From positions 9,116,001 through 9,180,000 of the forward strand of contig CM075989.1 in the NCBI GenBank assembly GCA_038087875.1: DNA of 64,000 nucleotides, in the 5' to 3' direction. This document shows positions 24,801 through 36,800 of this stretch, in pieces (the stretch's first letter is position 1; every line of letters begins with the position of its first letter). The DNA comes from Malacoraja senta (taxonomy: Eukaryota). The notes below the pieces were generated by a model. The model was not told where the DNA came from. It did not search any database and saw only the letters and a list, made by a program, of their open reading frames with translations. Made by a program: the position numbers and the translations under genes.

Positions 24801-27800
24801 CCTTCTCCCCATAACCCTTGACACCCTTCCTGATCAAGTACCTGTCAATCTCCGCCATAAAAATATCCAGTGACTTGCACTTCACAGCCGTCTGTGGCAA
24901 TGAATTCCACAGGTTCATCACCCTCTGATCAAAGAAATAGCGGAGTCAGGGGATATGGGGAGAAGGTAGGAACGGGGTACTGATTGGGGATGATCAGCCA
25001 TGATCACATTGAATGGCGGTGCTGGCTCGAAGGGCCGAATGCTCTGCTCCTGCACCTATTGTCTATTGTCTATTGTCCTCATCTCCTTTCTAAAGGTACG
25101 TCCTTTTATTCTGAAGTTATAGCCTCTGGTCCTAGATTCTCCTACTATGAGAAACATCCTCTCCACATTCACTCTATCCAGGCCTTTCACTATTCAGTAA
25201 GTTTCAATGAGGTTCCTCCTTCTGAACTCCAGCGATGCTCATCATATGTTAACCCAGTCATCCCCGGGATCATTCTTGTATTTATTCCCAATCTCCCAAT
25301 CTTCTGCTCTGGGCGTCATCCATTGGTAGAGTGAAGCCTGGAGGAACAGCACCTCACATTCTGCTTGGGTTGCTTACAACCCGATGGTATGAACATTGAA
25401 TTCTCCAATCGTAGGTAACCACTAACAACCCCCGCTCCCCCACACCCCGTTTTCTTCCCCTCCCCTGCGCCCCCACCTGGACTTGCACCTATTTCTCCCC
25501 TCCCCCTACATTCCTTCCTCAGGCAACAGGATTCACGATTCAATCCTTTTGTCTCACACCTGGTTTTTTTTCATCTCTGACCTTTATCCAACCATCTGCC
25601 CAACAAACCCCCCCTCAATCCCCACCCCCGCTCGCCTGTGTTCACCTATTACCAAAGATAGACGCAAAGTGCTGGAGTAACTCAGCGGGTCAGGCAGCAT
25701 CTTTGAAGAAAAAGGATGGGTGATGTTTCAGATCAGGACCCTTCCTCAGACTATTATCATGATTTGTCCTGCCCTTCCTCTTATCTTAGCCCTCCGCTCC
25801 CAATCAGTTTGAAGAATGGTCTTGACCCAAAAATGCACCGATCCATGTTCTCCAGCAATGCTGCCTGGACCCACTACATTGCTCCAGCACTTTGTGGAGG
25901 GGGTTTTGTCAACCAGCATTTCCTTGTTTCTGCATTCTCCCCATCTACCTCATTGCAGTCCACACACTTTTTTTTATTGGCACACTTTCTCACATCTTTC
26001 ACACAGCGAGCAGAACTGCACGCATTATTCCAGATGTGCTTTCAGCAACATCCCATACAGCTGTTGGAAGCAGGCTCTGCTTCTTCTTTCCAGTGCAGCT
26101 TCCTTCCTCCCATCGAGTCGCCTCATCTCCAGCTGTAAAACGTTGCCCTTATCTCTTCCACTTCACCAACAATCACCTTTACACTTCAGAGATACAGAAT
26201 GGCAACAGGCCCTTCGGCCCACTGAGTCTGCACCGACCAGCGATCACCCCTTCCACTGGCACTACTCTACACACTAGGGACAATTTACAATCTTTACCAA
26301 AGCCAATTAACCAACAAACCTGTACGTCTTTGGAATTTGGGAGGAAACCGAAGCACCCAGAGAAATCCCACGCGGTCACAGGGAGAACGTACAAACTCCG
26401 AACAGACTGCAGCCGTCAGGATCGAACTCTGGTCTCTGGCGCTGTAAGGCAGCAACTCTACCACTGCGCCACCCCAAAATCCTTTGAAAGGTAGTTAATT
26501 GCTCTGAAGAAGGGTTTCGGCCCGAAACGTTGCCTATTTCCTTCGCTCCATAGATGCTGCTGCACCCGCTGAGTTTCTCCAGCATTTTTGTGTACCTTCA
26601 GTTAATTATAATTGATTTATTCCTTGAGGGGATGTAGACAAAACCATTTGTTGTCCGTAACATCGTTAATGCAGGAATCATTCAACACTTTAACACAATG
26701 TAATCCATTTTCGATCGATGTCCAACTCATTGTGAATTTCAATGGCACAAAACACCAAGGGCTGTGTGCCAGAAAATGGGATTAGTGTAGATTGATATTC
26801 AATTGCTGGCGTGGACTTGGTAAGTTAAAGGACTGTTTCATACTTTACCGTCCAATTCCCCATGACAAATTGGTGATGGGATGTGTTGAGGAAATTGTCC
26901 AGACTGTATCATGAATGTGTTCCCCTAGTATTCACTGCAACCTGAGGATATACAGAATCATTATTAAATTTCAAGTATTGTTTCTAATATCTCCCCTTCT
27001 TGGCTAACATCAGATTTTTTTTTGCTTGTCCCAGGATACAATGGATTATGTGAAACCCATAGGATTCATACTGGACTTTGGCCTTTTGGACCCCGAATAT
27101 GGCCCAGTTTTGGATGATGGATGGCCGAGATCAACCAGATGCACGGTGGGTAGAGTGTGGTCCAAGTGTGTTATCACCTGGCCTGTACACCCGAGTCACA
27201 GCGGCGGCACGGTGGCACAGCGGTAGAGTTACTGCCTTACAGCGCCAGAGCCACGGGTTCGATCCTGGCAACGGGTGCTGTCTGTACGGAGTTTGTACGT
27301 TCTCCTCGTGACTGCGTGTGTTTTCCACGGGTGCTCCGGTTTCCTCCCACACTCCAAAAATGTATAGGTTTGTAGGTTAATTGGTTTTGGTAAACATTGT
27401 AAATTGTCCCTAATGTGTGTAGGATAGGGCTAGTGTTTGGGGATCGCTGGTTGGCATGGACTGGGTGAGCCGAAGGGCCATTTTCAGCGCTGAATCTCTA
27501 AACTAATTAAAACATAGTTCCTAGAGTGGGCCTTTAATTATTGTCTTAATTGAAGGCACTCTCTTGTTTAATACACAGGCACAACTGTACAGCGCTGCTC
27601 AGATGTTGACGGAGCGTTATAAATATTAAATGGATTGTCGCAAACATACTTAGGTTGTTGCTGCACCAAGAAATCTGGCAGTAACAATAGGTGTGGTAGT
27701 TAAGCTGGTGGACCAGTGATGCCAGGCTGTTATGTTATCCCATTTGCTCACTCCGGGACAATCACACATACGGGACAATTTACAGTGGCCAATTAACTTA

Positions 27801-30800
27801 CAAACTGCACGTCTTTGAGATGTGGGAGGAAACTGGAGCACCCTGAGGAAACTCACGTGGTCACTTGGGAGAACGTGCAAACTCCACACAGACAGCACCC
27901 AAGGTCAGGATTGAACCAGGTTTCCAGCTCTGTTCGGCAGCCGCTCTAATGGTTTGATTCGAGTGGGGAGGGCCCTTGGTCCGGCCTTGCATTTGATGTT
28001 AGTGCCCAAAATTTAATGTAACTAATAAGCTTTTAATGGATAAGACCTAGATATAATGGATGCGGAGAGGATGTTTCCACTAGCGGGAGAGTCTAGGACC
28101 AGAGGGCATAGCTTCAGAATAAAAGGACGCATCTTTAGAAAGGAGATGAGGAGGAATTTATTTAGTCAGAGGGTAGTGAATCTGGAATTCATTGTCACAG
28201 AAGCCTGCGGTGGCCAAGTCAATGGATATTTTTAAGGCGGAGATTGACAAGTTCTTGATTAGTAAAGGGGCTGTCCCACTTGGGCGACCTAATTGGCGAG
28301 TTTAGAAGAGTTTGAATAAATGACATGTTGAAGACTTCCTTCGACTATGTAGAAGACCTCCTTCGACCTCCTTCGACTATGTTGAAGACTATCTACGACT
28401 ACCTTCGACTACCCTTGATTACCTACGACTGACATGCCGACCTACTATGACCTACTACGACTAAACCTACGAGTAAACAAAGTATCGACTTTTTCCATGG
28501 CGTCCTTTATTTACTCGCAGGCATTTTTTAACATGTTGAAAAAAACGCCGCGACCTAGCTTAGGCCTCGAGTACGCGGAGACCACTCTCGAGCATGAAAG
28601 AGAGTTACGAAGACCTCCTACAACCTTGTGTCGACCATGCTGAGAGTATGAGTTGAGGACAAACTCGGCAGAACTCGCGGATTAGGTCGCCCAAGTGGGA
28701 CAGCCCCTTAAGGGCGTTGGGGTTATGGGGAGAAGGCAGGAGTATGGGGTTGAGAGGGAATGGTTGATCAGCCATGATTGAATGGTGCAGTTGACTTGAT
28801 GGGCTGCATGGCCTAATTCTGCTTCTATGACTTCTGATGCATTGTCTAAAAATAAATTCCTGTGCACAGCATGCGATTAGTTTAAGGAGGATTCTCTGTG
28901 TCTGACAGCTAGCTCACTGTCTTCAACAATAAATCTGTCACGGCTGGGCAGCTGGGCACAAACTTTGGTCACATAGTGTACTCTGTAAGGGAGCTTGAAC
29001 TCTGGTCTCTATCAATGGTGTATCCCATCACAAGATTTCAATCTGTCTCTCTGCCTTGCAGAAGGAGAGATGGACTGTGTACTTTGGCGGGAGGAGTACA
29101 CAGTGACTTCAACACTGGGATGCTGTTCAAAGCAGGACCTCAGTCTGGAGGCAGGTGCTTCCCTCTTCACTGCCCCCGTCCTCACCCCCAGCTGGGCTGG
29201 AACACTCTCCACAATACCCCAGGCACCTGACTGACGGTTGACTGGGAGCCTCTGAATCCGGAGTCTGATGTGCTTCAAGCAGATTTATCAGCCTGGGCAA
29301 TCATCCAGCTTTGCATCTTCACCCCTCTTCCAGCGGCTGAGTTTACGGAGGATTCTGACTCGCGTCTGACATGGCTTCTGTAGTCTGCATTCTCTAATCA
29401 CTCCCCCGAGAACTCTCTATTCATAAGCCCCCTCTGGTGCAGCACAATACTATACGGAAAATCCTGGGTCTGATTCCACTTTGAGCTGAGTTGGCTAATC
29501 TTAGCTCATATGTAACACAAGGGTATATCCACGTATAACACTTCAACTGCAGCATATAATGGTTTAAAGTACTGTGTATCCTCGCTGCACAGTAGCTCGT
29601 TAACCCTTTGTGCACTGCAAGCATTCTGCAGCTGCATCATCCTGGAGACAGCGAAGCATTGAACTTGTGAACTTGAGCTTAGGTCCAGTAAGTAACGTTG
29701 GCCTGGAGTTCAATGCAGGTCCCGGAGGCCATTGCCATCACTGCAGTCCTATCCTCTCCTTCCCACCTCTTGCCTGCCACTGAGAGGGTCCTGCCCAGCA
29801 CCAGCAGAAAGCCACAGCGCTCCCACCTCTCACTCAGCAGGTCGTGCAGTCAGGAGTTGATCCCGTGTTGGAGTGATGCTTCGATGCAATGTTACACTGA
29901 GCCTAGTCATCTTATAGAGAGTCCTCTTATAGAAACATATAAAGTTATTAAGGGATTGGACAGGCTGGATGCAGGAATCATGTTCCCGATGTTGGGGGAG
30001 TCCAGAACCAGGGGGCCACCGTTTAAAAATAAGGGGTAGGCCATTTACACAAATAACATAACAAACAATAACAGTGACATTTCCCTTTTTAAGTATGCAG
30101 ACGATATGGCCCTGGTGGCCCACATCAAGGATCACACTTCTCTGGCTGCCTACTATCAGCAGGTCAACACCCTGATGCTGTGGATCAAAGAGAGCTCTCT
30201 GGAGCTCAACATCTCCAAGACCAAGGAGCTGTGTTGTGGGGGGAGGCGAACATCTTCCCCCCAACCTCTCTTTGAACCTCTGAGGCTGAATGGGCAGACA
30301 GTTGAGCAGGTAGAGGCCTTTAGATACCTGGGCACAGAGATTGACACCCGCCTGTCCTTCTCCCAGCACACAGACTCTGTGTACAAGAAGGCACAGCAAC
30401 ACCTGTTCCTGCTTAGGAAACTCAGGAGATTTGATGTCAGACAGGACATTTTAACAGCTGTCTATAAATCATATAGAGTCTGTACTCACCTTTAACATCA
30501 CATCCTGGTTCACCCTCACCTCTGTCAAAGACAAATCAACGCTTTCCCGGATCATCAATCAAGCAAGCAAAATAACTGGCAAAACTCAAAATCAATTATC
30601 AGTACTTCACACCCAGGCAGTTAAAAGGAAAGCCAACCTCATTACACAGGATCCCACCCACCCCCTGCACAAGTCCTTCCATTTTCTGCCATCAGGCCGC
30701 CGATATAAAGTCCCCCTATCTAAGAAAAACATCCACAAAAACTAATTCATACCCATTGCCATAAACAGCATAAATTTTAAAAAAAGAACAATGGACAAAT

Positions 30801-33800
30801 TAACCCTGACACACTGTCACTTTACACGTATCCACAACTTTCATCTTGTCTATTTTTACAGTTTTTAATCCTTATACTTGCTTTTAAGATCTATACACAC
30901 GGTGTGTGCTCGCAGAAATCTGTGTTGTATGACTGCTTATCAGTACATTGTCCTGTTTGTATGTTGAGCCACGCCAAAGAAGATTTTCTGTTACGACAGA
31001 CAATAAAGTTTTCTGAATCTGAATCTGAATTTAGAACTGAGATGAGGAAAAAACTTTTCACCCAGATAGTTGTGAATTTGTGGAATTCTCTGCCACAGAA
31101 GGCAGTGGAGCCCGATTCACTGGATGCATTCAAAAGAGAGTTAGATATAGTTCTTAGGGATAGCGGAATCCAGGGATATGGGATGAAGGCAGAAACGGGG
31201 TACTGATTGTAGATGATCAGCCATGATCACATTGAATGGCAGTGCTGGCTTGAAGGGCCGACTGGCCTACTCCTGTACCTATTGTCTATGTATCTATGTA
31301 TCTTCCAAAGGACCCTCCCGGATGTTCTGCCCATATTTATTCCTCAGTTGAGATCATCGACTGGTCCTTCCTCTATCTACCTCTTCGGTGACCTTCGGAC
31401 TATCCTTGATCGGACTTTGTTGGCTTTACCTTGCATAAACATTATTCCCTTACCATATACACTGTACATTACACTGTAAATGGCTGGATTATAATCATGT
31501 ATTGTCTTTCTGCTGTCTGGATAGCACACAACAAAAGCTTTTCACTGTAACCTTGGTACACGTGACAATAACCTAAACTGAAACGTGGATAGAAAGTTAT
31601 TGTCCATGTTATAGGAGCAGAATTAGGTCATTCGGCCCATCAATTCTACTCCGCCATTCAATCATGGCTGATCTATTGTTCCCTTACCATCCCATTCTTC
31701 TGCCTTCTCCCCATAACCCCTGACACCCTTACTAATCAAGAATCTGTCAATCCCCACCTTAAAAATATCCATTGACTTGGCCTCCACATCCATCTGTGAC
31801 AAGAAATTCCTCCTCATGTCCTTTCTTAAGGTCGGTCCTCTTATTCTGAGGCTATGGCCTCTGGTCCTATACCCTCCCACTAGAGGAAACATTTTCTCCA
31901 CATCCACTCTATTCGAGCCTTTCACTATTCGGTAATTTTCAATCAAGTCCCCCCTCATCCTTCTAAACTCCAGCCGTCTCCTTCAGGCCCAGTGCCGTCA
32001 AACACTCATTACATGTTAACCCAATTATTCCTGGCATCACTCTTGTAGACCTCCTGGGGACCCTCTCCAACACTAGCACATCCTTCCCCAGATATGGGGC
32101 CCAAAACGGCTCACAATAACTACTGTGCACAATTTGCCCATCCTGGCTCCAACGTTGCAACGGTGAGTGCAGCAACTGGAGAACTTCTGAAATGCAAGAT
32201 GCGCTGGGGCATCGTGACAGGTGCTACACTATGGCACAACTTTCCATCTTAATGTTAATTGTCAGAGCTTTTGCAGATAGTCTATCATGACGTTCCAACA
32301 AACCTTGTGTTCCAAAATTTCTCCATTTGCTACCTCATGACACACAAAGTGCTGGACTAACACAGTGGGTCAGGCAGCATCTGCGGAAGGAATGGACAAG
32401 CGACGTTTCGGCTCAGACTCCGCTACTTGGTCTCTGGAGAAGTGGAAGGGGTGGGTAGGAGAGTCGATGTGGTTCAACCATGAAGTGCATCAATCTTTGG
32501 TACAGGGCAGCACCGTGCCACCTTGCCCGTTTGAAGGCGATTGTCCTGTGAATCCATGAGCTTATTTCCAGCCAAGATCCTCTGAAAGGATGGATGGAAA
32601 CTAATGGCGTCATTGACGGAGAATGGTGCGGTTTATTGCTTGTTCTTGGTTCCAATGCAGCTCGGCTTCTGGAACGACTGTGGTGAGGACGAACACTGCG
32701 TTCCCGACCTGGTCATACGAGCTCGCACTGGCATTCACGGTTCCAGGTGAGTAGCGAGTCACCATGTCCTTCAACGTAACGATGAGCCAAATCGAGGAGG
32801 CTCCACGACAGAGACGTTGAGTCTTTCTCCCCTTTTCCCCCTCGTTAAAGGTGCCGACACGCTCAGTCCCACTGCCTTGTGGAACTAAATCACGCCTTTA
32901 TTCCTATGTGAGCACAATGGGAATCTTGAGGTTATTTGACTTGGGTGTGGGCTTCACTACAGAGGCTGTTGCATTGCCTACCTGAGCCAGGTGTATGTTG
33001 GGCCACTGGGTAATGTTGGGGGAAGCAAGTTCTCGACCTACTCCACAGTCCACTGGTGGCATGGAGTTCAAATGGGGATGTCATGTTCACCCAAACAGCC
33101 CTGGATTCTTGCTGTACCTGTAGAATTAGGAGCAAAACACAAAGTGCTGGTGGAACTCAGTGAGTCAGGCAGTACAGGTATGTGCATTGGGAAAAGGACA
33201 TATGACATTTCATATCGGGACCCTTCTTCAGTCTAAACATGGGTCTTGTGTTGTAACATTGCCTGTCCATTTCCCCCCACAGATGCTGCCTGACCCACAG
33301 AGTTCCTTCAGCGCTTTGAGTTTTGCTCAATATTACAGCATTTGCAGTCACTTGTGTCTCCACTTTAGAATTGGGAACAGGGTTATCCTAACTGTAGAAA
33401 CAAGGAATTGCAGATGCTGGTTTACACAAGAAGACACAGAGTGCTGGAGTAACTCAGTGGGTCAGGCAGCATCTCAGGAGAATATGGGTAGGCGGCATTT
33501 TGGGTCAAGGCCCATCTTCAGACTCCCCTGTCTCAGTCTGAAGAAAGGTCCCAACTGGGATCATCGCCTATGCATATTCTCCTGAGATGCTGCCCGACCT
33601 GCTGAGTTACTCCAGCTCTCTGTCTCTTCTTCTCTAATCCAAACTGCAGCCTTAGTTTCCACTTACAGAAGGAACTGACAGACCAAAGGTTATACTAGAG
33701 GTGGTGTACTTGTCACGTGTGTGGGTGAGTTGTAGAATGTAGATGTTGATGGGAATGTGGGGAGGATAACATTGGATCACTGTAGGATTAGTGTAAAGTG

Positions 33801-36800
33801 CTTGAATGCCAGTATAAACTGAATGGGCTGAAGGGCCTGGTGCCATGGGTATATGAGTCCAGGAGATAGCGAGGGCTTTTCCCATTTGGAGTTGTGAAGG
33901 CTGACAGCACATTGGCTGGAGTTGCTGGAGAAGTTTGGCGTTTGAGCCGGTTCACGTGAGATGCATTAAGAATGTGGTGCGACATTCGTGACATGCCTTC
34001 CCACCAACCCATGGCTTGGGTCTTTTTCAGCCAGTTTCCCTTCACCGTTGAAGACACTCGGAGGAGGCTGACTCTGGATGTCTGGCTGGAGAACAAGAGG
34101 GAGAACGCCTACAGCACCATCCTCAACATCACCTTCTCCAGGAACCTGCAGTTCGCAACTCTGGCACAGAAGGTGAGTGGCCTCTCTAACCCCCCTCCCC
34201 CCCGTCCTCACTAAGGGGCCTGTCCCACTTGCCGATTTTTTTGGCGATCGCCAGCATCATTGACTGACGTATCAGGTCAACGGAAAATACACGGCGTGAC
34301 GCCCTATCGACGCGCGGTGTTTTTTCAAGTGTCGCAACATTTTTTTTGTCGCCGCTGGATTTTGAAATGTTCTAAATCTTTTGGCGGCACTGATATATCG
34401 CCAAGTGGGACAGGCCCTTAACTCCCACCACCACCCGTCCCACTCTCTGCAAGTGTAAACCTCACTGACTAACATCATGCCTACACCACCATGCATACAC
34501 CGTCGATGCAGAATTCTGAGCCTTATGTTCCTCAGTGTAGACCAACCAAAACAAAATGAAAAATCCTCAGTCCTAAAGGCCCGGGCACAAATTCATGCAC
34601 ACTGCTAGCCTGGACTGTGTTCACATTCCTGAGCAAAGTCAGTTCAACCTTGAATGATTAAACAGTTTTCTGACAAAGATGATGACTACTTGTAACCAGC
34701 TCCAATATTTTGTACACTTCTACGGCCTACAATATAACTTTTTTTAAAGCCGCCTCAGCTTGTCTGGAATCCCTTCCAGACTCCACAAGGAGACCTGACA
34801 TCCACCGCTGAGAAATCACCAAGATAAGCCATTTGGCTGAGCCCAAGCGATGGGTGAGCCAGCAAACCACATCACTGGGCAGCCTGGCTACTCTTCCTCT
34901 TAACCCAAAGTCAGTCACTGCCTGTTACCCCTTAAGCCCCTTAAGTACGAGGTAATTCAAGAGCTCTCCCAAGTTTTAAAAAATATCAAACTCGTGGTAA
35001 GCACGTAGAATGTACGTAGTGGGTACGTTGCAGCTCGGGACGTCTCTTAGCGGCTCGTAACGCTAACGGCAGGTACTCGGGAAACGCGGTAAGCTCGTGA
35101 AGACCCGTGAAGATTTTTCAACATGTTGAAAAATGTCCACGAGAGCCCCGAGTACCGACGAGCAGCTATTACCGTAATTCTCCGAGTTCAAAACAGGGGA
35201 AACTCGGGAGAACTCTTGAATTAGCTCGTACAGTGGGACAGGCCCTTTAGCTTCTCCCTCACGCCCTTACAGACGGCACACTGGCACAGCATTAGAGTTG
35301 CTGCCTCACAGCGCCAAAGACCCAGGTTCGATCCTGACTGCGGGTGCTGCCTGTACGGAGTTTGCTCGTTCTCCCTGTGACCACGTTAGTTTTCTCCGGG
35401 GTGCTCCGGTTTCCGCCCACACTCTAAAGATGTACAGGTTTGTAGGTTAATTGAGTTTGGTAAATTGTCCCTAGTGTGTAGGATAGTGTTGGTGTACGGG
35501 ATATCATTGTCCGTACGGACTCGGTGGGCCAAAGGGCTTATTTCCACACTGTATCTCTAAACTGAGTTAAACTAAAGTCATTCCTTAAAGACTTCCTTTG
35601 CTCTAATTTTGCCTCATTGGTGTTAGTATTGAATTATTATTGTCATGTTACCGAGATACAGTATGGTATGATTTGATTATTCAGGACCTTGCCCATACAC
35701 GACATTTAGGGCAGCACGGTGGCGCAGGTGGTAATGCTGCTGCCTTACACCATCAGAGACCCGGGTTCGATCCTGACCTTGCTATCTGTGTGGAGTTTGC
35801 ATGATCTCCCTGTGACCCAGTGTATAGGATAGTGTACAGGGTTGATCTTTGATCGGCATGGACTCGGTGGGCCGAAGGGCCTTTTTCCACACGGTATGTC
35901 TAAAGACTAAAGTAGCTTTAAGATAACTTAACCACACACAATTGATCATAATTATTCATTGGCCCTTGCCAATAACTGGGTAATGTGAGACAGTGCGTTG
36001 TGGATTGGTTCTGGGAAGCTTTATGGGAGTGCTAATTAATTGGCTGTTCCACTGTCAGAAGCAGCTGCTGCATTGAATATTGCACTTTACAGTCTTACAG
36101 CACGATACTGCACATTTGACAGAACTGTACCAAGCCCAAGGTTCAGTTACAGGCTCATCTCAAGTTCCAATGGTTGCAAACATAGAGGTAAAGCACAACA
36201 CCAAGCCATTCGGCCCAGCTGCTCCATGATAGCCTTTACTCTCCACGTGGGATAATCCCACCCATCCTGCCTGAAACGGGTCTCGACCCCAATCGTCACC
36301 CTTTTCCTTCTCTCCAGAGATGCTGCCTGTCCCGCTGAGTTACTCCAGCTTTTTGTGTCTATCTTCTGCCTTGGAAAGATATCGTTTTTCCTTCATTGTT
36401 GTCAGAGGATCACACCAGGGTCAGACAAAGTGAAAGAGAATTATAACATTGCTATGTATTGGGTTTACAGTGAAGGTTTTCACTTATTTTTCTCAATGGT
36501 CAGTGATTTGGGGAAGGCAAATATGGGTAGGCATGCACAGAAAATGGAAGGGGCATGAAGGAAAGATTGGTTAACAGAGAGATCCAGGGATCAAATTCGT
36601 ACTTCTTTGCAAGTGACACTGCAGGTGGATAGAGTGGTGAAGAAGCCATGCGGTTCGCTTGCCTTGATAGGTCCTGGCATGGAATATAAGAATTGGGACA
36701 ATGTGCTGTAACTTTATAAAAACTTATTTGGCAACACTTGCTCGCTACACTATAGGAAGGATGTGACTGCGTTTGAGAGAGCATGTAGATTTACCGGGAT

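Noticed and set aside
27200..27275. tRNA-like sequences with A and B boxes
   Set aside because: These are SINE heads continuing into the SINE body, not stand-alone tRNA genes
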